Below, piece by piece: positions 48,562-57,726 of a stretch of 64,000 nt of DNA (the first letter of the stretch is position 1; each line of letters starts with the position of its first letter). Below the pieces are notes generated by a model, which was not told where the DNA came from, did no database searches, and saw only the letters and a program-made list of their open reading frames with translations. The stretch comes from Pseudomonadota bacterium (GTDB lineage: Bacteria > Bdellovibrionota > Bdellovibrionia > Bdellovibrionales > Bdellovibrionaceae): positions 1-64,000 of the forward strand of contig JBEGVH010000014.1 of assembly GCA_041178425.1 (NCBI GenBank). Direction: 5' to 3'. The position numbers and the translations under genes are program-made.

Positions 48562-49467
48562 CTAATGAAGTGAAGTCTTGTAGAGAGCGTTTCGCACCTC
48601 TTTGATATCGTCTAGAGTAAGCTCATAAGGACGACCGCACATCTGACAAATAATCTGCGTCTTTTCTTGCTTTTCGAGCATATCATCTAGTTCCTCGACC
48701 CCAAGAATGGACAGGGCATTTTTAACTCGCTCTGGTGTACAAGGGCACGAGTATTCAATAGGAAAATCATGGGGAATTTCCGTAAATGGAATTCCATTAA
48801 GATAGGGTTCAACCAACTCTAACGGTGACTTCATCTCCCGAATCATTTTTGAGATTTCCCGAGAGGCCTGTTTTTGGTTTTCATCGATCTTTTCGATGAT
48901 GTTGTCTTCTACCCCGGGCATAACCTCAACGATGACTCCACCGGCCGCTTCTACTCTTCCGTAGGTGTCGAGAAAAACCCCCAGCGAAATGACACTGCGG
49001 ATTTGCTGAGATTGGTGGAGGTAAAAAGCCAAATCATCGCCAATTTCACCCGTTACCAGTGGAACTGTTCCTTGATAAGGCTGCCGCTGAAAAGGCTGAT
49101 GTCGAACGACCGTCAACATTCCCCCACCGATAGCCTCCTTCAAACTCAATGTCGAAGAATAACTGGTTGGTTCATACTGGGGAACATTGACATAGCCGCG
49201 AACTTTACCCTGATAATCGGCCTGAGCGTAAACGCGAGATAAGGGGCCCTCCCCTTGAACAAGAACACCAATTTCTTGGCCGTCTTTTAAATTGCTAGCC
49301 ATTAAAAGCGCACCCACCATTGCTCTTCCGACAGCTACGGTTGGCAGCGGTCGAGTTTGCTGAAGTTGTTGCATTCGCGCGACCACCTCGGTGGCATTAA
49401 CACTTGCGATTCTCACTGCGAAATCATTACTTACAAACCGATGCACCCGATGACCGATTGAACTCAT
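48562..49467 (-). CDS. hslO: Redox-regulated chaperone Hsp33
   Basis: YQGTVPLVTGEIGDDLAFYLHQSQQI, AAGG, CPC...CQMC zinc centre. Confidence 0.96.
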   Translation of the reverse strand: MSSIGHRVHRFVSNDFAVRIASVNATEVVARMQQLQQTRPLPTVAVGRAMVGALLMASNLKDGQEIGVLVQGEGPLSRVYAQADYQGKVRGYVNVPQYEPTSYSSTLSLKEAIGGGMLTVVRHQPFQRQPYQGTVPLVTGEIGDDLAFYLHQSQQIRSVISLGVFLDTYGRVEAAGGVIVEVMPGVEDNIIEKIDENQKQASREISKMIREMKSPLELVEPYLNGIPFTEIPHDFPIEYSCPCTPERVKNALSILGVEELDDMLEKQEKTQIICQMCGRPYELTLDDIKEVRNALYKTSLH

Positions 49468-49585
49468 AGCCTTAGCCTCACTTGCCCAGGAATTTAGTTT
49501 CTTAAAAATTTAGCCGACTATATCGAAAACAGAGTTCCGCGTCATCCCTATTCTCAATCCAATTTCGAATGCAAACTCAATAAAT

Positions 49586-50086
49586 ATGACACTTAAAGAA
49601 TTTGTAATTTTCAGACATGCCCAAAAAGGGTCTTGGAGTAATGATCCCGAACTTTCACAAGAAGGGCATGCTCAGGCTAAACAACTGGTGAATTTAGTTC
49701 ATCAGCAAATAATACCTCCCCCCGACATCCTTTTTTGCTCCCCTAAAAAGAGGAGCGAGCAAACTTTCATACCTCTAAGAGATGAATTTAGGATTCCATT
49801 AGAAGTAGACCCTAACCTTGATGAAAGAGGGGCTTCAGAACGGGGCCTTGCTTTTGAAGGTCGTATCAAGAACTTTCTTGACGTTCAACTCCCGCAACGC
49901 CCCCATACCTGTGTTTATCTGTGTACGCACCTTGATTGGATGGAAATTTTTGGAAGCATTGCCCCCATTGATGTTGATATCACTAATGATGTTATTCATA
50001 TGCCACCAGCGTATTTCTATCATTTCTCGCTCGTGGCAGACCCCTCTGGCCTTTGGAAACTCATGAAAAAAAGTCGAGGATTTTAA
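49586..50086 (+). CDS. Histidine phosphatase family protein
   Basis: FRHA, LSQEG..QA, SPKKRSEQT, LDE, CTH. Confidence 0.85.
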   Translation: MTLKEFVIFRHAQKGSWSNDPELSQEGHAQAKQLVNLVHQQIIPPPDILFCSPKKRSEQTFIPLRDEFRIPLEVDPNLDERGASERGLAFEGRIKNFLDVQLPQRPHTCVYLCTHLDWMEIFGSIAPIDVDITNDVIHMPPAYFYHFSLVADPSGLWKLMKKSRGF

Positions 50087-50496
50087 TGCTAAAAACTTTC
50101 TTTTTTATTGCTCTTACAACCCTTCAATTTATGGAGATCGCAAGGGCTAGTGAGCCGTTCCGCTTTGTCTGTAAAGGACACACGCCTCTTGAATTAAGGC
50201 TTCACCTCACCGTCATCAACGAATCAAGAGCCGCCATGACTATCGACTCCATTGACCTCTATCCACATACAGGAGGTAGCTGGAGACTTCTCCTAGAGCG
50301 GATCTCTGGTGATACGAAAAACTCAACAATGGTTCCTTTTACGACCTACGATGACTCATTTATATACCACACTTTTATTCCTAAAACCCTTTTGTCGGAG
50401 AGGGTCTCTGGTAGGTTTAGCACCGAATTAACGTGGCAAACAGATGAGCGTGGTTCAATCTATTCCGAAGAATTACTTTGCCACCCGCTGAAATAA
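50086..50496 (+). CDS. Secreted hypothetical protein
   Basis: TAATG coupling; signal peptide ending ARA; one Cys near each end. Confidence 0.65.
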   Translation: MLKTFFFIALTTLQFMEIARASEPFRFVCKGHTPLELRLHLTVINESRAAMTIDSIDLYPHTGGSWRLLLERISGDTKNSTMVPFTTYDDSFIYHTFIPKTLLSERVSGRFSTELTWQTDERGSIYSEELLCHPLK

Positions 50497-50511
50497 GGAG
50501 AGGCTTTTTCT

Positions 50512-51111
50512 ATGAATTCCTTCAACTATCAAAATATTTGGGGCGTTGGTCGTAACTTTAAAGATCATGCCTCTGAAATGAAGGCAGAATTACCATCATC
50601 GCCTCTGATCTTTTTAAAGAGTGGAGCGTCTGTTGGCCAAAATCCCGATGTTGTTAGACTACCCTCTTGGAGTCATGAAGTTCATCACGAAGTGGAACTG
50701 GCGGTACGAATTTCTGCCGACGGTCGCCCACTCCAGGCAACTATTGCCCTCGACCTCACCGAACGACATTTTCAAGGTTTAGCAAAAAAGAACGGCCACC
50801 CATGGACCCTCGCTAAGTCCTTTAGCGGAGCGACCGTTCTTGCCCCCTGGTTGCCTTGGAACTCAGAATTCTTAAAATCTGATATTGAACTCCTAATTAA
50901 TGGGCAGATAAAGCAAAAGGGAAACCTGCAGGATCTCATCTTTAGCCTGCCCTCCATCACCGATTTTCTCCTTCAACACTTTCCTGTTTGCGAAGGAGAC
51001 GTGATTCTTCTGGGCACACCCGCAGGTGTGGGCCCACTAAATCCCGGCGACCAACTGGAAGCCAGTTTGGGTTCTTTTCTTCGCCACAAATGGCGAGTCG
51101 AAAAAGGTTGA
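50512..51111 (+). CDS. Fumarylacetoacetate hydrolase family protein
   Basis: VGRNF..HA.E, FLKS, HHEVELAV, DLT.R, WTLAKSF, GDVILLGTPAGVG. Confidence 0.93.
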   Translation: MNSFNYQNIWGVGRNFKDHASEMKAELPSSPLIFLKSGASVGQNPDVVRLPSWSHEVHHEVELAVRISADGRPLQATIALDLTERHFQGLAKKNGHPWTLAKSFSGATVLAPWLPWNSEFLKSDIELLINGQIKQKGNLQDLIFSLPSITDFLLQHFPVCEGDVILLGTPAGVGPLNPGDQLEASLGSFLRHKWRVEKG

Positions 51112-51179
51112 TCGTCATCCTAGATCAGTGTCAATATCTCCCCAACTTAGAACACAGTGAACAGATGTTGGGGGTATTC

Positions 51180-54125
51180 GTGGTATCCAATCTACAAAAC
51201 CAAATTAAACAAAAAGGCGAAGAGATTCTTCAGCGAATGGAAGGTCAATCGAAGGGTTCGATCTTTTCCAAAGATTTCTGGTACGGAAGAATTATGGAAT
51301 GGAGTATGAAGAACGAAAGCTTCAAAACTCGTATGTTTCGTTTTGTTGACGTTCTCCCAACTCTTTCCGACAACAACGATGTTGCGAGCCATCTTAAAGA
51401 ATACTTCACCGAGGGTGGCGAAGAGATGCCCAGCGTTTTTAACGTTGGCCTTGGCCTCGGTTCTCTGGCTCCATCGATCATGGCCGGTGCCATCCGAAAA
51501 AATGTAACCCAAATGGCAAAAATGTTTATCACTGGCGAGTCTCCAGAAGAGGCTCTTCCTGTTTTGCTTAAAGCCCGTAAACAAAAAATATGTGCTACGG
51601 TTGATCTTCTTGGTGAAGCAACCTTGGGTGAAAAAGAGGCCCAACAGTACCAACAAAAATACCTTGAGCTGATCACTTGGCTCGCTAAAGATGCGCAAAA
51701 ATGGGATGAAGTTCCTCAGATCGATCGCGATCACGCAGGATCTCTTCCAAAAGTAAATGTTTCCGTTAAATTGAGCGCTCTTTACTCTCAAATCAACGAT
51801 AAGGCCTGGGATCACTCTAAAAATATTCTCAAAGAACGTTTGCGACCACTCATGCAAACAGCAAAAGAGAAAAATGTTTTTCTCAATTTCGATATGGAAC
51901 AATATTCACTCAAAGAACTGACCCTTGAAGTTTTTAAAGAACTTCTGATGGAGCCCGAGTTTCGTGATTATCCGTTCTACGGTTGCGTGATCCAGGCTTA
52001 TCTCCGCGACTCTTTCAAAGATGTTCGCGATATGATTGATTTTGCGAAGGCTCGTAAAACTCCGGTTACGGTTCGTTTGGTCAAAGGCGCATACTGGGAC
52101 TATGAAACTATCGAGGCTGAGCAACGGGCATGGCCCATTCCTGTTTACACCAACAAGGCAGAAAGTGATGCCAATTATGAGGCCTGTGCCGGTCTTATGC
52201 TAGAAAATTGGCAACATCTTCGAGCTGCTTTTGCATCCCACAACGTAAGAACCATCTCCGCAGCCTTGTGCTTGGCTGAGGCGATGAATGTTCCGAAACT
52301 CGCCTTCGAAATTCAAATGCTTTATGGAATGGGAGACCCGATTAAGAAAAGTCTCGTTGACATGGGTTATCGCGTTCGAGAATACGCTCCCATTGGCGAA
52401 CTAATCCCTGGAATGGCCTATCTTGTGCGCCGACTTCTCGAAAACACTTCGAATGAAAGCTGGCTACGAAACAAGTTTGCTGAGGGGCAATCAACAGAAC
52501 AACTTCTCAAGGATCCAGCCTCTGGACTGGTGCCAAGCTCCTCCGACACTCTCCGCTCTGATCGCTTTCAAAACGAAGCCCTTCTCGATTTTGCGGTTCC
52601 CGCTAATCGCAACAAAGTGCAACAGCAAGTGGCAGCTCTCAAGCAAGGTTCGATCGCTACTCTTCCGCTTTGGATCAATGGCAAAGAAGTTTTTACTGAA
52701 AATACTCTCGAAAGCCGATCGCCTTCAAACCCCGATCAACTTCTTAGTAAAATTTGTTTAGCCAGTGAGAAAGAGGCGATTGCCGCAGTTGAATCCGCTC
52801 ATCAAGCCTACGGTTCATGGAAAAACACGGCCGTCGCAGAGCGTGCAAAACTCCTAAACACTTTGGCTGATTTAATGGTCAGGGATCGTTTCCGTTTAAT
52901 TGCTGAACAGGTGCTTGAGGTTGGAAAACCATGGGTAGAGGCCGATGGGGACGTCGCCGAAGCGATCGACTTTTGCCGATACTACGCGCGCTCCATTGAC
53001 GAGGTCTGTGGGCCTCGCCGTGTTGGTAAGGTTCCGGGAGAACTCAGTATCTATCATTATCAAGCAAGAGGGGTCGCCTTGGTGATTGCGCCATGGAACT
53101 TTCCTCTGGCTATTCTCACTGGCCAGGTTGCCGCCGCCTTGGTCACAGGCAACACAGTCGTGATTAAACCAGCGGAACAGAGCTCTTTGGTAGCGCATGG
53201 TTTGTTACGACTCTTAAGAGAGGCGGGCTTTCCTCCCAACTCCTATCAATTTATTCCCGGCATTGGTGAGCAAATTGGACCGGCCCTCGTCAAACACCCC
53301 CATGTCACAACGATTGCATTCACTGGATCAAAGGCTGTTGGTTTAGAAATTTTAAGATCAGCAGCCACAGTGTTACCTGGTCAGGTTCACGTCAAACGCT
53401 GCATTATTGAAATGGGCGGAAAAAACGCCATCATCGTTGACAGTGATGCAGACCTTGATGAGGCCGTCAAAGGAGTTGTCTACTCTGCCTTTGGTTTTGC
53501 AGGACAAAAATGCTCTGCGTGCTCAAGAGTTTTCGTCGTGGGCGATATTTACGAAAAATTTAAAGAACGACTAATAGACGCTGTTCAAAGCTTAAAGGTT
53601 CTTCCGTCCGAAGATCCTCTTGCATCTCTTGGCCCCGTGATTGACCAAGAATCTCAAAAACGCATTTTCGCGTTCATTGAATCTGGTAAAAATGATGGCC
53701 GCCTTCTTTATCAGGGCCCAACCCCCGAAATAGGTCATTTCGTTGGCCCAACAATCATCGAAGGACTATCGCCTAAGAGTCATGTCGGACAAAATGAAAT
53801 TTTTGGCCCGGTCTTAGCGCTTTTTAAAGTGGAGTCTCTCCAGCAAGCTGTGCAATTCACAAATGATGTTGAATACGCTCTCACCGGGGGCATCTTCTCC
53901 CGAAGTCCCGCGAATATTGAGTATGCCAAAAATAATATTGAAGTGGGCAATCTGTATGTGAATCGTGGAATCACTGGGGCTCTCGTGGATCGTCACCCCT
54001 TTGGCGGATTTAAGATGTCTGGAATAGGTAGCAAAACAGGGGGACCAGATTACTTGAAGCAATTTATGGAACCGCGAACGGTCACCGAAAATACTCTTCG
54101 CCGAGGTTTTGCACCAACGGAGTAA
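51180..54125 (+). CDS. putA: Bifunctional proline dehydrogenase/P5C dehydrogenase
   Basis: FRFVDVLP, DLLGE, SVKLSAL, RLVKGAYWD, YLVRRLLEN, PWNFPLAI, FTGS, EMGGKN, AGQKCSA, EIFGP. Likely GTG start at 51180. Confidence 0.97.
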   Translation: MVSNLQNQIKQKGEEILQRMEGQSKGSIFSKDFWYGRIMEWSMKNESFKTRMFRFVDVLPTLSDNNDVASHLKEYFTEGGEEMPSVFNVGLGLGSLAPSIMAGAIRKNVTQMAKMFITGESPEEALPVLLKARKQKICATVDLLGEATLGEKEAQQYQQKYLELITWLAKDAQKWDEVPQIDRDHAGSLPKVNVSVKLSALYSQINDKAWDHSKNILKERLRPLMQTAKEKNVFLNFDMEQYSLKELTLEVFKELLMEPEFRDYPFYGCVIQAYLRDSFKDVRDMIDFAKARKTPVTVRLVKGAYWDYETIEAEQRAWPIPVYTNKAESDANYEACAGLMLENWQHLRAAFASHNVRTISAALCLAEAMNVPKLAFEIQMLYGMGDPIKKSLVDMGYRVREYAPIGELIPGMAYLVRRLLENTSNESWLRNKFAEGQSTEQLLKDPASGLVPSSSDTLRSDRFQNEALLDFAVPANRNKVQQQVAALKQGSIATLPLWINGKEVFTENTLESRSPSNPDQLLSKICLASEKEAIAAVESAHQAYGSWKNTAVAERAKLLNTLADLMVRDRFRLIAEQVLEVGKPWVEADGDVAEAIDFCRYYARSIDEVCGPRRVGKVPGELSIYHYQARGVALVIAPWNFPLAILTGQVAAALVTGNTVVIKPAEQSSLVAHGLLRLLREAGFPPNSYQFIPGIGEQIGPALVKHPHVTTIAFTGSKAVGLEILRSAATVLPGQVHVKRCIIEMGGKNAIIVDSDADLDEAVKGVVYSAFGFAGQKCSACSRVFVVGDIYEKFKERLIDAVQSLKVLPSEDPLASLGPVIDQESQKRIFAFIESGKNDGRLLYQGPTPEIGHFVGPTIIEGLSPKSHVGQNEIFGPVLALFKVESLQQAVQFTNDVEYALTGGIFSRSPANIEYAKNNIEVGNLYVNRGITGALVDRHPFGGFKMSGIGSKTGGPDYLKQFMEPRTVTENTLRRGFAPTE

Positions 54126-54146
54126 GTTTAACGACACTCTTCATTC

Positions 54147-54182
54147 AAAAGCCGTAAGAGCCTCTTCTCTTGCGGCTTTTTT
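54147..54182. terminator. Rho-independent terminator, probably bidirectional
   Basis: AAAAGCCGTAAGAG...CTCTTGCGGCTTTTTT after putA, abutting the stop of the convergent gene. Confidence 0.8.
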
Positions 54183-54984
54183 ATTTGGTGGGCTTTCGTT
54201 CGCGCTTTAAAGTAAAGAGGGTTGTTGCTTTTTCTGGATTATTTTCATCCACAAAATTTGCAAACTCAATAACATTTGGTCGCACCAGAATTCGTTGCAC
54301 TCCTAAACCCAATTTTTCGTTGATACTATTGAGAACTTCACCAGAAAACTGTAAGAAGGCTGATGGAAACAAAAGTAGTTTACTCATCCAAGGAAAGGGC
54401 TCCAGAATGTTCAAGGCATCATTTGTTAGGAAATGAACAGGTGTCAAGATCACCGGGAGACGGGTCAGTTTTACAACACTGCTTTTGGCTCCCTTTAAAA
54501 CTCCTCCTGGGCCCCAAAACCAATCCCCAGGTAAATTAGCAAGATTCTCTTTTTGCTCCGGCTCAAGCCCATAGGCATGCATAAAATAAATTGAGAGATG
54601 AGTCTCTTTTATTTTTTCGGAATCATCGTTCACACAAACATAGAGAAAATTTCGGGAGCGATCTAATTTGAAGAGCACGATTCCCAACATATGAAAAAAA
54701 CCAGTCTTCTTGGGACGCAAGAGGGCCTCATAGCGAACACGATGATGGGCCTTACTCTTCATTTTATCAAATCCACCCATAACTTCATTATTAATGGTCA
54801 AGTTATCAGGCATAACCAAGGGATGCTCTCCTGTTCTTGGCGTTCCAAAATATAATCTTTTAATCACTCTATCGGCCATAGTCACTGCCTCTGAAGGCAG
54901 TATTTGACAACCCTTAGTCTGAGCAAAGGCGCCTTGATAAGAAGTAATTATAAATAGAAATATCAGAATCGATACTCTTATCAT
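54181..54984 (-). CDS. Secreted hypothetical protein
   Basis: Signal peptide ending AFA; ATGA overlap with the upstream gene. Confidence 0.72.
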   Translation of the reverse strand: MIRVSILIFLFIITSYQGAFAQTKGCQILPSEAVTMADRVIKRLYFGTPRTGEHPLVMPDNLTINNEVMGGFDKMKSKAHHRVRYEALLRPKKTGFFHMLGIVLFKLDRSRNFLYVCVNDDSEKIKETHLSIYFMHAYGLEPEQKENLANLPGDWFWGPGGVLKGAKSSVVKLTRLPVILTPVHFLTNDALNILEPFPWMSKLLLFPSAFLQFSGEVLNSINEKLGLGVQRILVRPNVIEFANFVDENNPEKATTLFTLKRERKPTK

Positions 54985-55787
54985 TTCACGGTACTCCCGC
55001 GTTTTTCTTCACTGGTCGACCACTGGCAATCAACCTTGGCATTCACAGCCCGAACTCCTTTAGCAAATGGATTATAATCTGTGCGTACCCTTTGAGTGCA
55101 GAGCAATGCCCCGGGAAAGTCGGTGATTATTTCGAAAACGAACTGAGTTCGATTCTTTTTACGGTCTCCGTAGTACATAGCATTACCTTTGGCCGTTACC
55201 GAATTTACGTCGGGATTCAAAAGACGCATTTCTCGAACCACATTTGCAACGAAATCTAATTCATGTTCCTCTTCTGGTGCCTCCAAGACTTTACCCACGT
55301 CAAACCACTCAAGTGTAAATGGTTCTACCGTAAGATGAGGAGCAAACCAATTTTCGAATTGATGCAATATAAATTGTGGCGAAGCGTAGGCTCGATCCAG
55401 CCTAAACAAAATGGCTCCAGCAATCATTGCCAATAAATTCTGAGAGGGATTCCATTTTAGATTAACATAACCATAGGTACGTTCGTTGACCTTTACCGAC
55501 ATCGTCATCATTGCTACAAATTGGTTTCGAGAAACACCACGATGCAATTCTTCATTCACAAGGAGAGCTTCGCCAAGAGTCATGGGCCCTCGTCTATCGG
55601 TTGAATTTCTTAGCGAAACCACGTAGACATCATCAAACTCATAGCCCACAGCCCGAACCATCTTATCAACAGCATAGGCAATCGATCGTTCATAAAAATT
55701 CAAATGGCCATGATCCGCAATCGCCCTCATCGGCATCAGGAAAAGTAAAAACAAAAAAAGCTTTTTTAACTGGCTTTTAATGATCAC
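54981..55787 (-). CDS. Secreted hypothetical protein
   Basis: Signal peptide KKLFLFLLFLMPMRAIA after GTG 55787; the ORF-track start at 55925 overlaps the upstream gene. Confidence 0.7.
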   Translation of the reverse strand: MIIKSQLKKLFLFLLFLMPMRAIADHGHLNFYERSIAYAVDKMVRAVGYEFDDVYVVSLRNSTDRRGPMTLGEALLVNEELHRGVSRNQFVAMMTMSVKVNERTYGYVNLKWNPSQNLLAMIAGAILFRLDRAYASPQFILHQFENWFAPHLTVEPFTLEWFDVGKVLEAPEEEHELDFVANVVREMRLLNPDVNSVTAKGNAMYYGDRKKNRTQFVFEIITDFPGALLCTQRVRTDYNPFAKGVRAVNAKVDCQWSTSEEKRGSTVK

Positions 55788-55818
55788 TTCATACCCTTTC
55801 ATAAGTCCAACGAGATCA

Positions 55819-56562
55819 CTAGTACTTAAATTGAGCCTCTTTATACTCAACACGATATCTTTGCCCATCAAAACTAAATACGCACTTCTGAACCGGCACT
55901 TGTGTTTTTTTGTAATCGAAGACATCGATAGATTCGGTATCTGCTCGGCACTCGATCAAAGCACTTAGAAGCCCCTTCTTTATATCCTCTTTTTTGGTCT
56001 GACTGTTTGGTAGTGCGAGTTTCATTCGAACACCATAGAGAAAAAGCTTCTTCATTTCGATGAGTTCGTTGCTGATCATCACATCAACTGATGTGGGCAC
56101 TACTTTTCCTTGGCCACCCTTGTTGGTATAAAAAAGAAAATCTCCCTCAAACTCGTTTTCTATTTGGGTCCGACGAATTCTAAGTACGGCAAATATGTCA
56201 TTAAGGTTCGTTGAAAAAAAGGTTTGAAGTTTAGCTTCGTCTTGATTGAGTTTTTTATTCGGAGCTTGGAGTGGCACCTTCAATCCTTGCGGCGCATGTT
56301 TAAATGCCATTGTGGCTTCCAAATCAAAAACATCGATCGCAGAAGGAGTATCGAGGCGAGGATCAACGCTAGCGGAAAAATTTATTTGAACATTGAAACG
56401 ATGTTTTTGAATACTTTGAAAAATTGCCTTCATCACCTCACGACCAGCGCTATAATTCTCATCCGGCACAAAGTTACCTTGGGCATTTAACGATGAGACC
56501 CCCAATATACAAACAAAAAAAGTCGTGATAGCTTGTGAATTTAAAAGTGAAAAAGATCTCAC
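55819..56562 (-). CDS. Secreted hypothetical protein
   Basis: GGAGGG RBS, signal peptide ending LNA, beta-rich sequence. Confidence 0.72.
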   Translation of the reverse strand: MRSFSLLNSQAITTFFVCILGVSSLNAQGNFVPDENYSAGREVMKAIFQSIQKHRFNVQINFSASVDPRLDTPSAIDVFDLEATMAFKHAPQGLKVPLQAPNKKLNQDEAKLQTFFSTNLNDIFAVLRIRRTQIENEFEGDFLFYTNKGGQGKVVPTSVDVMISNELIEMKKLFLYGVRMKLALPNSQTKKEDIKKGLLSALIECRADTESIDVFDYKKTQVPVQKCVFSFDGQRYRVEYKEAQFKY

Positions 56563-56594
56563 TAGGGTCCCTCCGACATGTCCGAAGCCGGAGT

Positions 56595-56610
56595 TGCAAA
56601 ACCTTAGCCA
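56595..56610 (-). promoter_or_regulatory. Sigma-54 promoter of the three-gene operon
   Basis: TGGCTAAGGTTTTGCA (GG-N10-GC) about 33 nt upstream of the start. Confidence 0.65.
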
Positions 56611-56724
56611 TCCTTAAAAGAGACCTATTAGTTTATAAGTAAATAAAATCACCTGATATTCGGTGTTTTGTCAGAACATCTGCATTTTCTTCAAAAGGGC
56701 AGGCGACCCAAAGAGGTTGACAGT

Positions 56725-57726
56725 TTAAGTGACAAGTCCTTCGTCTGCCTCTTCTGGATGACTAACCCATGAGAGAGTCTGACTGAGATGAGATTTTTGC
56801 ATAAAACTTCGGTAAAAGACACCTACAATAGAGCCAAATAGGATCGCCCCCAAATGGGCCGTGTGAGCCACCCCCAAGTTCCACTCCGGCGTGGTCAGAA
56901 TAGCGTTAATATCACCCAAAATGAGCATAGGGATCAGCCAATACTTAGAGAGATAAATGTCTCCAAAATAGTCTTTGCTGGGCACGAAAAAGTAGAAAAA
57001 GCGCAAATGCCGTCGAGGCTCGGTCAGCAGGAGAAAAGTTATTAGGGTGCTCACGGATCCACTCGCGCCAACGAGGGGAGCTAAGTTATTACCTGTGGTA
57101 ATGCTATAGAAGAGGCCCCCAAAAGCACCTCCGACAAGATACAGAAAGAGCATGAGGCCAGAGCCGAGCTGTATTTCGATCAAGACCCCAAAAAGTACAA
57201 GAATAATCATGTTAGAAAAAAGATGAAAGAAACTGGCATGCACAAATTGATAGGTAATGTAATGACTCCACCGAAATCCGTTAATAGAGACGCCAAAGAC
57301 GCCGGCAAAGTCTTTTTTCTGAAAGTTCTCAAATTCTGTGAAAACCTTTTTCCAATAATTATATCTGACCTCATCGGGATAGGGTGAAAGCGTTTTCACG
57401 ACACCCAAAAAAGCACCATCCCTAAACGACATCTGGTACCAAAAATCGTTAATTTCGCCACCCTGAAGCTCATTTCGATTTTGATAAAAACGCTCTAACC
57501 AAAGGCTCCAATCTTTCGGGCGTTCCGATTTGAGGTATTGTTCGTAGAGATAAGAATGAACCGTGATAAAGTCTTTCTTCGACACTTTTTGCGTGAGTTC
57601 TGCCGACAAATTGATCCCGTTCTTCATTGGCAGCACCAGAAAAATAAAGACATTGAGAACCAAGAACATCATAGTCACTGGAGCCCGAAGGAACTGATTA
57701 ATATGAAGCCAAAAAGGAAAGATCAT
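56725..57726 (-). CDS. Rhomboid-family intramembrane serine protease
   Basis: YQFVHASFFHLFSNM, VGASG (catalytic Ser), AHTAHLG (catalytic His). Confidence 0.92.
   Translation of the reverse strand: MIFPFWLHINQFLRAPVTMMFLVLNVFIFLVLPMKNGINLSAELTQKVSKKDFITVHSYLYEQYLKSERPKDWSLWLERFYQNRNELQGGEINDFWYQMSFRDGAFLGVVKTLSPYPDEVRYNYWKKVFTEFENFQKKDFAGVFGVSINGFRWSHYITYQFVHASFFHLFSNMIILVLFGVLIEIQLGSGLMLFLYLVGGAFGGLFYSITTGNNLAPLVGASGSVSTLITFLLLTEPRRHLRFFYFFVPSKDYFGDIYLSKYWLIPMLILGDINAILTTPEWNLGVAHTAHLGAILFGSIVGVFYRSFMQKSHLSQTLSWVSHPEEADEGLVT

Noticed and set aside
50988..51179. Apparent 64-aa N-terminal extension of PutA
   Set aside because: Overlaps the FAH gene and does not look like protein; GTG 51180 is the more plausible start.
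51192..51902. 236-aa antisense ORF within putA, and similar antisense ORFs elsewhere
   Set aside because: Antisense shadows of well-supported genes, with no motifs or RBS.
55788..55925. Long overlap between the 55819-56562 and 54981-55925 ORFs
   Set aside because: Artefact of the longest-ORF start; the signal peptide indicates a start near 55787-55802.
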